A DNA stretch of 63,402 bases, counting the filler, from Octopus bimaculoides (Eukaryota), in the NCBI RefSeq assembly GCF_001194135.2. It is 8 parts of 7 records of this genome, joined end to end, with 100 filler letters (N's around TTAATTAATTAA, not from the genome) between each part and the next. Parts side by side here need not be neighbours in the genome. Positions count along the whole stretch, not along the records: positions 10,340 to 18,409 come from NC_068985.1; positions 18,510 to 49,684 come from NC_068989.1; 6 more parts are not named here. The stretch is one strand, 5' to 3'. Position 1 is the first letter of the stretch. Every line of letters begins with the position of its first letter. Both the position numbers and the translations under genes were made by a program. Of this stretch, positions 11,756 to 24,766 are shown piece by piece. The notes under the pieces are model-generated. The model saw nothing but the letters and a program-made list of their open reading frames with translations. It was not told where the DNA came from and ran no database searches.

Positions 11756-12252
11756 TCATCTATATATCCCTATCTAAAATTGATCAATATCATTATTTTC
11801 TATTTCTTTCATTTTTAACGAACATCACAACAGTAAAACAACGGAATAATTGAAGAAGAGAGATACGACTTTATTTTTTGATAATTTTTAGACAACATTA
11901 CATTGTTTTTTAGTCACGTGCTATGTTTGTTTGGCTAAGTCACGTGCTGTGTTTGTTTGGTCAAGTGATACACTGTATCGTCTATTCAACGTATCTATTG
12001 CTCGGTAGCATTGTTAGCCTTCTGTCTTCTTTTTATATCTGCCACAGCTACATCTCTCATTCTACTCTGTACTTTTCTCTCTCTCTCTCTCTCTCTCAGA
12101 TAACAACATCTATCTCCCTCTCTTTCTTCTCTCTCCGCTTCTTTCTCTATGTGTGTGTCACTGCCTGTCTATCAGTCTCTATCTTTCTCTCACTCGCTCT
12201 CTCGAACAGTTTGTGTTTCGCTTCTCACTCTCTTTTTCTCTTGCTCTCTCTC

Positions 12253-12345
<93 letters not shown>

Positions 12346-12879
12346 TTCAGTCTCCCTATCTGTAGCTATGTTTCTTTTTTTCTTCTTTCGTTTTACCTAT
12401 TTTCTCGCCTTCTAAACATACAAACACAGTAAATAATGTATTTGTACTGTTTGGCTTCTAACCTGAAAACAATAAAAAGTTAGTTCAGTTTAACGTTTAT
12501 CTATATTGCCAACAACACAAAATAGACTTTCAATAAGTTAGTTGTTTCCACACAAATGTATATATTTTTACATTCACAGATATCGCACACAGCGGGCCTA
12601 TGTATTTTTACACATACAAACGTCGTGTATATTTCTTTTTACATACACCGATGGCCCATATACACATATATTACTTTTACACACCTAATGTGTTTACTTT
12701 TACACAAACAGTCCTGTATACTTGTATACTCAAAACAAGCCGTGTATATTTTTACATATACAACTGTAATGTGTAGATTTAACGCAGGCAGACACTTCTC
12801 CGTCAGATATAAAAGAAAATAAATAAAGGCTTGCACAGCTAATAGATATATAACAACAAATCATTGGTGAGATTTATTA

Positions 12880-13600
12880 AAACATGTGTATATCAACGCT
12901 CGTTAATGATTAATTAATTATACATACACATTGGATTCATTATTAATGATCAGCAAATGCTAAGTTAGATTTATTTATTTTATTAAATAGATAAAGTGTC
13001 TATGATTATTCTTTCGTTGAGTTTTCTTTAGAGGTAGTACTCGAAATCTAGGATCACGTCGAAGAAGTCTTTGTCTAAGTTGGCGGTAACAGTTATCGGT
13101 AGTCGAAATTCTTTGAAGACGTTTGTATGATTCTTCCAGGATTTAGCCGTGGCGTGGATGTTGATATGGCTTGAGAATGTCAGACCATCAACCCTTTACT
13201 AGGCCAAACTGTGTATACTTATTTTAGGATATCTAGCATGAGATCAGTGTCCTCGACCATGTCATACCTCACCAAGAATAACGTCGGACAGGTGTAACGT
13301 TTTAAAGAATTTGGGAAGCAACAAGCACGATGTCGAAATCTTACCTTTTTGATAATTATATTGAATCAACTTCGAAATTGTTAAGGTTATAAATACTACT
13401 GAAATATCTAGAGAGAACATTTTATGATTTGAAGTCTAATTTATCCTCGTATGTGCTAGTAGTAGAATTCTGGAAGAAGTAAACTCTTCATCGCCTGAGT
13501 TTAATCACACTTTTTGTTTCTTCAATAAGATGTGATGAATAAAGCTGCTTTGGTGGTACTTGGATGCTTTTCAACAAGTTTAGAAGCGGTTTCTCTCGAT
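12880..13600 (-). mobile_element. Internally deleted Penelope-like element relic (Naiad-like)
   Basis: Reads LKSIQVPPKQLYSSHLIEETKSVIKLRR*RVYFF...LNNFEVD (N-terminal motif) and KEFRLPITVTANLDKDFFDVILD...RKLN (RT thumb). Related to 15401-16780. Confidence 0.65.
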
Positions 13601-15400
13601 GTTAAACAGTTTGTTCCTTGTATCTGGACCGACATCGAATAATAGGATATATAATTTCCGCTGCCCACAGAAACTACAAATTTACCTATCATAGAACAAA
13701 ATAACCATACAAAACATTAAATTACTGATCGAAAATTTGTTCAACGTAAAAGGCAACCAGAAAAACTTGAAGCGATTGTTGATAAAGTAAAGTTTGACGT
13801 TAACAACATTGATAAAACATTCATGGTAATCAGTGTGGTACATGCCAGTTAATACATACCAGTTAGCATATCAACACAAAAACCGAACGGAGATTTTTTT
13901 CAAATGCAGAAATATGATATACGGCATCAAATGCTTAAATTATAAAGAGATATATATTGTCCAGACAAGAAATACATTATCGGAGCAGAATTTGTTACAT
14001 CAGCAACAATTTAGGCACCTTAATGTTCGGCAGATACCATTAAGCAATCATTTGAAAACTATAATGAAATGCAGTAAGAAAATGTTTTCAATATTTTCAT
14101 ATTACAAACTTTACGATTCAAGTGAAGTTAGTTAGAAGAAGAGATGAAAGAATATTTTCCTTTCTGAATGGATAATAATATGAAGAAGAAAAAGAATATC
14201 TATATTGATCTAAATTAATTTTATTCAAAATATGTAGTAATTGGCAGTAATAACAATCAGAATTTGAATTTAGCTTCACTTTAGAATATTTAAGACGAGA
14301 CTATTATATGAGATATTTTTCAACATCTGATTATAGCCAAAGCCTTTATCGGTGACTCTGGCTGGTTAAGATGTTACTATAAATAAGTACTGTTAATATC
14401 AACTGAGTTATCGCGTTCATCAAACTAGAACGTCTAAGCTGCACGCTGATCGGTTAAAATAATGTTCGCAAGCTTCAACCTGCTGTAGCCTATCGGAAAG
14501 TAAAGGGAAAAATTTTGTCATTTCCTTACAGTTGTCAGTTGTGCAGCACATTAGCTATTTGTCAATGCGACAACGTAAACATTTACCTTAAGATTATTGA
14601 AGCACTTATAATATTGTAAAATTGAAAGCATTGTCCGCATGAAACTACTCATAATTTGTAAAATTGTAAAAATAGAACAATAACATGCCGCGCACACACA
14701 CACACTCACACACACGCATACACTACCACACACACATCGCACGCACATGCACACACACAGGGTTACCACCCCACGCGCACACATGCTACAATACATAAAT
14801 GCTACCACATACACATACACGCCACTGCACACACATACCGACCATCCTCACAGTCTCCTGTCCCAGAAAGCACTTTCTCTTTGTCCTTCTACTTCCAGTC
14901 ACTTCAAAAGTGTAACCGCACGTGGACTTTCCTGCTTTGCCTGTTTCCGAAGAAGAGTTATGCTCGAAACAACTGCTCTGTTCCTTCTCCGAAAGTCATA
15001 TTAATACTTTGCTTGTCTTCACGTTTGTTTGTTTTTTTCTGGGGTTTTTTCTCTGTTTATATATATATATATAGATATATAGCTGTAAGACTAACTTTCT
15101 CTTTATATATGTCCCGAAAATACCACACAGCCATGGCTTTGTTGTCTCAGTTTATTTAACATATACATGCTCATACAGTTTATTTAACACATACATGCTC
15201 ATACATAATCATGCTCATGCATTAGACTCCTTACTCGTATTATCATCGAACCAAGAGTTTAACTACGGTCCTTTCATAGCACTTACGTAGCCTTACCTGC
15301 CACCTTGGGTCTCCTGGATACCAATACCTTTGCTTCCTTACTAATACAAGCATTTACTACAGGTAACGCTTAAAGAATGGGTAAATAATTCCTTGGCATC

Positions 15401-16780
15401 TCTCTTAAGGATATACCTGTTCCTTCACAAAAACTTTCCTCTTACTCCTACTCACCAAAACTAAGGACCTCATCCGAAGAATGCGGTGGAAAGCCTTCTT
15501 CCACGACAACCGTAACAACCGGAGCGATAATAACACGAATACATACAATTTTCGATACTATAAACATCCTCCACACAATCCCCAACTCGACAATTTCGAA
15601 GCAGATATACTTCATATGATTAGTAACATTAAATTCTCTAAATATAAATCCCCGTTCCAAAAACAACTTTTCCAAACTATAAAACGGATCACTTCATCAC
15701 TTAAATTCCACTCCTCAGATAAAACGAGAAATATGTATCCTGTTACTATCGAGGAATACACCAAATTCATCAAGAAGGAACTATACAAGTCTTATAAGCT
15801 GGCACCGACATCTGCCCTTGAAAATACCAAACCAACCAATGCAAGCCTATGAACAAATTACACGTGGACGATCGCACAGAACCCTACTCTCCTACATCTC
15901 CACACTTCAACCTTCAGGATCATAAGAAGGACTTTATAACTAAACCATTTATACGCCTCATATGCCCTACCAAATCAGACGTGGGAAGAATAAGCAAAAA
16001 TATTCTGGATAAAATAATATCAATCGTCAAGGAAAATTTCAACGTCAACTTATGGTCCTGTGCAACAAAAACTTTTCTTCTTTCCTACAATTCGATATAA
16101 ATAATTACTATTCTTCTATTCCTCCCAAACTTCTTAATCATGCTCTCCTTCTAGCTAAGAATATAACTAATCTAACCCTACTAGAATTAACATAATTCTT
16201 AATGATCGTAAAACTCTTGTTTCTTTCGAGGACAAACTTTGGTGCCGGGCCAACCACAATAACAATAACAATAACCATAGCAAATTATTTGACATTACTA
16301 TAGGATCATCCGACTCCGCCCAAGTCACTGACCTCGTTGGACTATACATACTCCACCAGCTCCGAATACATTTCCTTAACATCAAGGGAGGCCTCTGCAG
16401 AGATGACGCTTTGCTAGTCATCAAGAGCATTAATAAATCCTCTTTAGAACGAGTTAGGAAAGATCTATACAAATTTTTCTCTCACCTCAACCTATCTATT
16501 ACTTTTGAAAATTCCCACAAAACCACTAATTTTTTTTTAGACGTAACTTTAAACTTAGAAACTTCCTAGTACTCCCCATATCACAAACCTAACCGATACC
16601 TTAAGTACTTAAAAAATTCCAATCACCACAAATCCACCTTTGATAATATAGTTAAGGGTATCTCGATTCGTATATCTGACCTCTCATCCACTGAGGGAAT
16701 ATTCAATAACCACACCCCATATTACAACCAAGCGTTCGCTGCCAGCAGCTTCTCCTAACAAATAAAATACATCTCTAATA
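15401..16780 (+). mobile_element. Penelope-like retroelement ORF relic (Naiad-like RT), frameshifted
   Basis: SLKDIPVPS...LIRRMRWKAFF; SSDKTRNMY; RLICPTKSDVGRISKNILD; FDITIGSSDSAQVTDLVGLYILHQL...GLCRDDAL (YRDD-type catalytic motif at 16396-16407, decayed to CRDD); FLDVTL...PYHKPN. No GIY-YIG domain seen. Confidence 0.85.
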
Positions 16781-16942
16781 GCAGGCTCAAGCAACATATA
16801 TCTCAAATCATATCACGACATGCCAACCACCAGAATCACAACAGACCACACATACACTATACTAGAAGCCTGGGAGAACCCAAGTTAAGACAGCTTACAC
16901 ACACACGCACACATATAACACTAAGTCAAAAGCTAAAACTTT

Positions 16943-17165
16943 TGTAATATGTCGTTAAAAGTTCACTATTTGCATTCGCATCTAGCTTTATTTCCTCAGA
17001 ATGCAGCAGAATGCAGCAGACGTGAGAGATTCCACCAAGACATAAATCAAATGTAAATTCTATATAAGGAGAAGTGGAGTCCCGCCATGCTTGCTGACTT
17101 TTTCTGGTTACTTCCCAGAGATGGACTTGATGCTATACATAGAAAGAAACATAAATATGTTCTTC
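16943..17165 (+). mobile_element. Chapaev-like (CMC) DNA transposase C-terminal relic
   Basis: CNMSLKVHYLHSHLALFPQN...ERFHQDINQM*ILYKEKWSPAMLADFFWLLPRD matches, from recall, the motif CNMSLKIHFLHSHLDFFPEN...GERFHQDI..ME.RYQG.W...MLADYCW.LKRD. Confidence 0.7.
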
Positions 17166-17679
17166 CTTTAATAAAAGACGCAAATAACTCGCTTTAATTC
17201 TAGGAAATAAAAGTTTTCTTCACAGTTTTTTTTTCTAGCAAAAACATACCGTTTAGTGACGGCCCATTTTACAAAACACTGGACCCATTTCATGAAAAAC
17301 AGAGTTCATATGGTAAAAATTGTTCCAGAAAATGATGTTCTCTTCTTTGTAGAAAAATCATTGTTATACAGTGTTATTAAAGGAAGACTCTATGTTGAAT
17401 ATATGTATTCCAAGTGTACTAACTGTACCAAGAAAATGGATCCATTTGTAAATTGTACTTTCCATAAGTCATTAATGATCGGGATCTTACCTTGTGCATT
17501 CCGACAAGAAAGGAATAAGTTTGTTGATAATAATTATATTCAGTTTTCCACCCAACTAACGTTATGTTATAACCAATGGATCATATTACCAACGCGTAAC
17601 CAACTCTTCTATCATGATGGCATAGAAGTTAACGACTTGGGAAATGAAAATTATCTTAGCGTCGTTGTATATCAATAAC

Positions 17680-18050
17680 GTGTCTGGTAGTTTCTTTTGT
17701 GCAGATAGGTGGTAGTAGGTGGTATTAAAGCAAATCTTTAGAGTAGTCTTAACTGGATTACTAGTAAATAGGCTTTCAACATCAAGAGTGCAGACATTGC
17801 TGCAAGCAAGGACCCTTGAGAATTTTCTAACATTCATAGTTGGAATTGATCGTGTAATTACCATGTCTGTTTTCTTTGACTAAACACCAATTCCTTTCGG
17901 CAATCAACTCTGTCATAGTGTTAATCTGAAATATAATGGGTCTCAGGGGATCATTTACCGTTTGAATTTTCCAACAACTAAAATTCTTAGTTGGTGAAGG
18001 TTCACCAAAGGCCTTGCATACTGGGAAATGTTATTTTTACAACGTTCATG
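17680..18050 (-). mobile_element. Penelope-like RT relic (Penelope/Poseidon-like)
   Basis: PLRPIIFQINTMTELIAE and TLDVESLFTSNPVKTTL match the PLE RT motifs PLRPIIS and SLDVESLFTNIPV. It may extend, more decayed, down to about 17250. Confidence 0.65.
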
Positions 18051-18355
18051 GCGTCGATAAGTCGTTTATTATAGATTTTATGCCGTTACGTGGTAGCTTG
18101 TGATTGTTTTACAAATTCAGAGCTGTTCACCCAAATTTGGTTTATGATGCGAAAAATAAATACTATTTTTACGTGTTTAACATGACAAGAATAGCGATTT
18201 GATTGCATTACTAATATTTCTGATGTTCCAAATACTTGGGTCAGGTTGTTCTTTCATTCTCTCATCAGTCAAGTACAACGTTAAGTTGTTCATGTTCAGA
18301 TATGGTTTGTAAAAATGCTTTGTTCTTTCTTTCTTTCCTTTGTAAGCTATCATAT

Positions 18356-18409
<54 letters not shown>

Positions 18410-18509
18410 NNNNNNNNNNNNNNNNNNNNNNNNNNNNNNNNNNNNNNNNNNNNTTAATTAATTAANNNNNNNNNNNNNNNNNNNNNNNNNNNNNNNNNNN
18501 NNNNNNNNN

Positions 18510-18556
<47 letters not shown>

Positions 18557-19034
18557 AAATAATTCTTGCCCTTAAGCATTGAGTAGTTTTGAAACTCTTG
18601 CCTGTGCCCATGTACACTGCATGCACACAAACAAGCACCTCTACATTCATACCTGTGTCTCTCTTTCATCATCATTGGTTCTAATGACTACTTTTCCACC
18701 TGACATGGATCAGACATGACTATATCACATTAGTTCTCTACCACTAGATTTTTTCCTGATGCCAATCCAAGCAGGTTTCCTTAGAAAGTAATAATCCATA
18801 AGCCTGTTCATTCACAAGAAGTTCAGATATACTTTTAGAGAGAATTGAAAATAAATGACACCATTTATTTGAGTAGTGAAGCTTTTGTCTACAGAACACC
18901 AACATGTCAAGACATGCCTGGACTGTGCTATAATGGTGTGTTGCAAGTGTACGAGGAGACCTTTTATTTGCAGTCGCTACACAAGCGTGTGAAGCGAAAG
19001 GGAAGTATGTACAAACTGACATACATACATGCAT

Positions 19035-19660
19035 GTGCTTCAGTCGTTAGACTGTGGCCATACTGGGGCAGCACATTCAAGAATCTTTTACTTGAATGAA
19101 TCGACCTTAGTACTTATTTTTTAAAAGTCTGGTGCATGTTCTATTGGTCTTTTTTTTTTTTACTGAACTGCTAACTTACAGGGACATAAACAGACCAACA
19201 CCAGTTATCAAACGATGGGCTTCTTTCAGTTTCTTATTTCTTTATTGCCCACAAGGGGCTAAACATAGAGGGGAGAAACAAGAACAGACAAAGGGATTAA
19301 GTCTAAACATAGAGGGGGAGAAACAAGGACAGACAAAGGGATTAAGTCGATTACATTGATCCTAGTGCATAACTGGTACTTAATTTATTGACCCCGAAAG
19401 GATGAAAGGTCAAGTCGACTTCGGCGGAATTGAAATCAGAACGTAATGGCAGATGACATACCACTAAACATTTCACCTGGTGTGCTAACGTTTCTGCCAG
19501 CTCGCTGCCTTCTTTCAGTTTCTGTCTACCAAATCCATTCACAAAGCTTTGGTCAGCCGAAGGCTATAATGATAGACACTTGCCGAAGGTATCATGCAGT
19601 GGGACTGAACCCAGAACCATGTGGTTGGGAAGTACATGAAACTCCTTACCACACAGGCAT
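19035..19660 (-). mobile_element. SINE family A copy with a nested family C SINE (19235-19508)
   Basis: 15-bp TSD cttctttcagtttct at 19220-19234 and 19509-19523. The insert carries the core gtcgactttgcctttcatcctttcggggtc and a 45-bp tandem duplication in its tail. Confidence 0.8.
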
Positions 19661-19814
19661 GTATTTTCATTTTTTTCTATTCTATTTAGAATTAATTTTG
19701 ACTGGCTGCCTGCTGGAAAGCATCAGGTTTCATTCATCATCTTTTAAACCTGAAGAAGGCCACCAGATCTTTGTATCCCAGACATTGTGATCATTTGTAG
19801 TGTATGAGCTATGG

Positions 19815-20206
19815 AGTGACATGTTGTTGGCACTCCGTCGCTTACGACGCCGAGGGTTCCAGTCGATCCGATCAACGGAACAGCCTGCTCGTGAAATTAA
19901 CGTGCAAGTGGCTGACCACTCCAGACACGTGTGCCCTTAACGTAGTTCGCACGGAGATTCAGCGTGACAGAGTGTGACAAGGCTGGCCCCTTTGAATTAC
20001 AGGTACAACAGAAAACAGGAAAAAAGAGTGAGAGAAAGTTGTGGTGAAAGAGTACAGCAGGGTTTGCCACCATCCCCTGCCGGAGCCTCATGGAGCTTTA
20101 GGTATTTACACTCAATAAACACTCACAAAGCCCGGTCTGGGAATCGAAACCGCAATCCTATGACCGTGAGTCTGCTACCCTAACGACTGGGCCATTGCTC
20201 CTCCAC
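19815..20206 (-). mobile_element. tRNA-derived SINE family B
   Basis: tRNA-like head gtggaggagcaatggcccagtcgttagggtagcagactcacggtcataggattgcggtttcgattccc followed by a non-tRNA body. Confidence 0.75.
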
Positions 20207-21309
20207 AAAAATGAGGCGCAATGTCCACTCGACCCCCGAAGTCGAGTAAGGAGTTACATACCCCCACCCTGCAAGAAACAACTCATTACAGATAGTATTT
20301 GGTGAGATGAGCTTTCATACTGGGACAGCTTACCTCTTCCAGGAGTTCTGTGTCATGTGTAAAAGATTTGCAACTGATGCTTAATATCAGACAGCTCAAG
20401 AATGACATTGTGTTTAAGAAACTCACTTTTCAATCAACCATGTGGTTTCAGGTTGAGCCTCATTCCACAGCACTGTGGGCAAATGTCTTTTACTAGAGCG
20501 CTGATCTGGCCAATGTGTTGTGAATGAATTTGGTGGAAAGAATGAATATATATATCAAAGGCAAACTCTTTTGGGAAGCTCTAATATACAACTGTGGGTC
20601 CTCGATTTACTATTTAGCATGAACGGATCCTACCCCACTCAAATCTTATATGGACCCCGCCTCCTCCCAGGGGTTATATAGATTCCTTGTTGAGAATCAC
20701 TGCTGTAGAATGTAAGCAGGGAGGGCTTATGGGAGTTGGGTAATATGATCAAGATGGGGAACAATAAAAACCCAGAATGTGAGGGTGATGGAGACAGTGA
20801 TGGCCAATACCAAAGGTAGACAGAAATAACAGCAGCTGATGGGTGACAACAGAAGCAGTCCAGGGGAGAGTGAGTAATGACTGGCAGGGAGTCAAGGGTT
20901 TTGGGTGTAAACAGTTCAGTACAGTCTCTTGTACATGGACCTAGAGGCAAAAAGAATGATGAGGGCTCTGGTGGTGGTGGTTGTTGAGGATGCCTTGTTG
21001 CTGGAAAGCATCACATGTGGTGAAGAGATGAGAGATGCCTGAAATGAGTGGAGAAATGATAGGTGGTTGGGGGTACAGGTAGAGTGATGAGGGTGGTTTG
21101 ATACAGACACCCACACACACACTACATTAAATCTTGGAAAAGTCCACCAGGAAACTCCCTCACTCTGTCTTCAACCCATCAATAGCCCAGAAAGAGTGCA
21201 TTTATATTCTTATTTAACTCACACTAAAGCTTTGTAATTTTAAAATTTCTTTTAGTTCTTCTGATTTATACTATGCTGTGCATCACACATCCATCCATCC
21301 ATTCACACA

Positions 21310-21810
21310 CACATGCATACTCTGCTGAGTGGTTGGTGTTTGGAAGGGCATCCACCCATAAAAACCTTGCCAAAACAGACACAGAAGTCTGGTGCAGTCT
21401 TCTACATGACCAGCTCTGGTCAAATGGTCCAACTAATGCCAGCATGGAAGGTGGATGTTAAACGATGATGATGATACATAAAGAGAAGGGTCATGAATGA
21501 CCATGGGATTGCACCTAGAATGGTCCCCCCCGAGGGACAAGTCCAGGCAAGGTTATTTATGGAAGACAAGCAGTCCATCCATGCATACCAGCCTCTTTTC
21601 TACACATCACCAATTTTAACCAAAGGCAAGGTGAAAGCCAATAAAGCTTGGCACCAGTGACATTGCAACTTATTTCTACAGCTGAACGAACAGGAGGAAT
21701 GTGAAATAAAGAGTCTTGCTCAAGAACACAACACACAGCATGGTCTGGGGATCGAACTCACTACCTCATGATTGTAAGCCTGACGCTTTAACCACTGAGC
21801 CATGTGCCTT
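21310..21810. mobile_element. Cluster of RTE-like LINE 3' tail (+) and SINE head (-) fragments
   Basis: Tail ggaagggcatcc...gccagcatggaaggtggatgttaaacgatgatgatg ending in (GAT)n; shared with 37020-37240, 37970-38340, 43115-43350 and 44290-44600. Confidence 0.6.
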
Positions 21811-22256
21811 CATCATACATACATATATAATGTGTGTGTGTATGTAAGTAAATGCATGAACTTTGCTGCTGATGTGAGCCAAAATTTCTTCTACCTTATT
21901 TGTTTCCTGTTACTATTTGGCATGATTTACACCATTTGATAGTGAAAGAATTAAGAAATAATAATAACAGTGTAGCAACTATGAAACTCTTGTCTTAATT
22001 TCTAGTTCATTGACAGCATACCAATTCCGACTTGTTCAGTCTATAGACAAGTTCCTGGTCATTAATTTGTATCATGCCATATAACTATCACACTGAATAG
22101 CTATGATAAATGTATATCTTCTTCCTTACAGAAGAAAAACCATTGGTGTCTAATTTATGTACACCAGACAAATGTGACCTGAATAATAATAATAACAACA
22201 ACAACAACATTGAAAAATACCTTAGGAATGAGAACCCAGGTTTAAAATTTCCCCAA

Positions 22257-22298
22257 GACACCTGATGAAGGCTGGTGTATTAGCCGAAACGTTGTGTT
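22257..22298 (+). ncRNA. Minimal hammerhead motif in a short PLE-type repeat (about 22205-22350)
   Basis: gacac-CTGATGA-a-ggct(ggtgtatt)agcc-GAAA-CG-TT-gtgtt, with palindromic AACGTT stem III and a GUU triplet. Confidence 0.65.
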
Positions 22299-23180
22299 AA
22301 CAACAAACAAGATGAGGACAAATATCCGTCAAATGTAAATAATGTTAATTAATAAAGTTAAATTGGGAAAGGCTACAAATGAATTAGGATAATACATAGT
22401 ATTAGATTGTATATTCTATTTCTCTCTCTCTCAATCTCACTCTGTATCCCTAACTCTCTCCCACTTTTCTTCTCCTTCTTTGTCCTCCTGGGGTATCCAA
22501 GTATCCCTTATACATTAAGATGACCATCTCTGTCATACTCTAACCCTCTCGCCTGGCACACATCTTCTCCCCTCAGTTACTCCATCACTCCCGTCTTTAT
22601 CTTTTTCCCAGGTACTCACCCTTATGTGGGGTAGCCATGTAACTATCTGTATGACAGTAAGACATCTCTGCTTGTCCCTCTGTCATACTTCAGCCTTTAA
22701 GCACCTGGCATGAAAGCCACCACCCCCTATCAAATATTCCCTCCATACACTTAGTCTGGACAGCTTTTTCCATTTTCTGTTCTTTTTTGTCAAGTAACTT
22801 ATTCAGTGACCTCACTTGTACCAAGGATGCCAAAAATATAAAATGGTTACTAAGGGTGTCCAACCATATAAAACATGCCAACGGTGACACTGGCACTCAA
22901 CACAGCCTTGTAACTTGCTAGATCTTGCCAAACCATCCAACCCATGCCAGCATGGAAAAATGAATGTTAAATGATGACGACGCCGATGATAATGATGATG
23001 ATGATTTTGATAATGATAACAACAATGACTGCTAATGAAGGATTTTGTTCAGCAATGGATTAACAATATTTCATAAGATTAAGTAAAAACATTTACTGTT
23101 CGCTGCCAAAACAAAAAAAAAAATAAAAAAACACCTTCTCTGTAACAGAGATACCAAAGAGACAATGTAAAGAACTTTAC

Positions 23181-23284
23181 CGATATAGATTTTTTTATCC
23201 GTGTTTAATGAACTGAAGGTTCCAGGTGAACTTCCTTCGAAAACAAACTGGTTATCAACCAACAAGTAACCATCTTGTTTATCC
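23181..23284 (-). CDS. EGFLAM: Pikachurin/EGFLAM-like exon, LamG up to the YIGG motif
   Basis: Acceptor ttcattgcag, donor GTAAAG, 104 nt. Encodes DKQDGYLLVDNQFVFEGSSPGTFSSLNTDKKIYI(G). Confidence 0.87.
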
Positions 23285-24169
23285 CTGCAATGAAAATTGA
23301 TAGAAATAGTTTAAGACAAAGTAAAAAAAAAATATAAAAAAAATACTTCTTTGTTTTTGTTTTATTTTTTCATGTCAATATTCCAATATTTGGCATAACT
23401 GAGAGATTTAAAGATAAGCTTCCAGCATCTTTTAATTGTAATTCTAATGGTAAGAGCAATTTATGTCTTTAAAACAACACAAAAATACAATTCAAACTCG
23501 AGATTCTTTAGATAAATATATATTTTACTAACATACGTATACACATGCTCCAACTCACGCGTACATGCATGCACACAATACACACAATACACACACAAAA
23601 TTAGTAGAGTTATTTTAAGCTTGAACTTACATTCTACACATACATACACTCTCTCTCTCTTACACAAACACACACATCTTTACAAGGGAAACAAAATTGG
23701 TTATCTTTACACACACACACACATGTATATGTATGTATGAATGTAGACTTCAATTTTTAGCTTTCACAACATTACAAAAAATATATATATATATGTATGT
23801 AGACTTCAATTTTTATATTTTTAGCTTTCACAACATTGCAAAAAATCTTCAACATAACAATAATAATAATAATAATAATACTACAGAGATCCCCCTTGCA
23901 CTTTTACACAGTCTGTAGCTAGCTTTTGGTAGTTGCTTTCTTATAATGAAGTTTTTCAAGAAAATAAATTCAACAGCATAGATTTTAAAGATATCATGCC
24001 AGGTCAGGTATGGCAACATGTGCCACTGCTGCATGTTGCTGCATTCACTGCTTGTGTCATCTTGTGCAACCCGCCAAGTGGTGTCCCAGTTGGTCCCCAT
24101 CTCTGCGAGATACTTCCTCGTCTACTGTGACCATGTGACATGTAACAAAAAAACAAAAACAAATGTAAA

Positions 24170-24450
24170 GTTATCTTGTTGAGTCATACTGACTTATAAG
24201 GGCCCGGTTTTGCGGTTTGCATGGCGTATATAGACTCCCCACCTGGACGGGATGCCAGTCTGTCGTAAAGTTACTCATTTTTGCCAGCTGAGTGGACTGG
24301 GGCAATGTGAAATAAAGGGTCCTACTTGGGGAGACAATGTGCCATTGGGAACTGAACTCATGACTATATGAATTGCTCAAGAACACAATACAACTCCAGC
24401 TCTGAGAATTGAAACCACGATCCTCGAGATTGTGAGTGTGGTGTAGTGAA
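24170..24450 (-). mobile_element. SINE fragment (family shared with 37730-37900, 40500-40720 and 42630-42870)
   Basis: Shared core gttcttgagcaa...ttcacattgctccagtccactcagctggcaaaaatgagtaa. Confidence 0.65.
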
Positions 24451-24766
24451 ATGGTACGCCCCTTCCCACATGGCAAAGTGGTATGATCCAGCCACTATAA
24501 AGTCAGACAGTCAGTCGTTGTAGGAGGTCAGTAGTAGTAGAGCCATGCACCTTCACTCACTCACACTTTTATACACACACACACAGACTCTCTCTCTCAG
24601 TCACTTGCTCATTCTCACATGCACATGCACATACACAACCTTACACACACACACAACCTCACACACAACCACCCAACCTCACACACACACACATACATGC
24701 ACTTGAGCTTACACTCACTCATGCACTCAGGCATATCCACACATCATCTTTATAGTGAGGCCTTAC

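Noticed and set aside
14940-14980. ccgaaga-agag(ttatg)ctc-gaaac upstream of the Naiad-like ORF
   Set aside because: Core mutated at U4, with no cleavage triplet or stem I. At most a relic.
18735-18800. GNLLGLASGKNLVVEN* as the terminal EGFLAM exon
   Set aside because: Too short, and it lacks the GCI motif and the closing cysteine.
20130-20206. tRNA gene
   Set aside because: It is the tRNA-derived head of a SINE, continuous with the SINE body, with no full cloverleaf or terminator.
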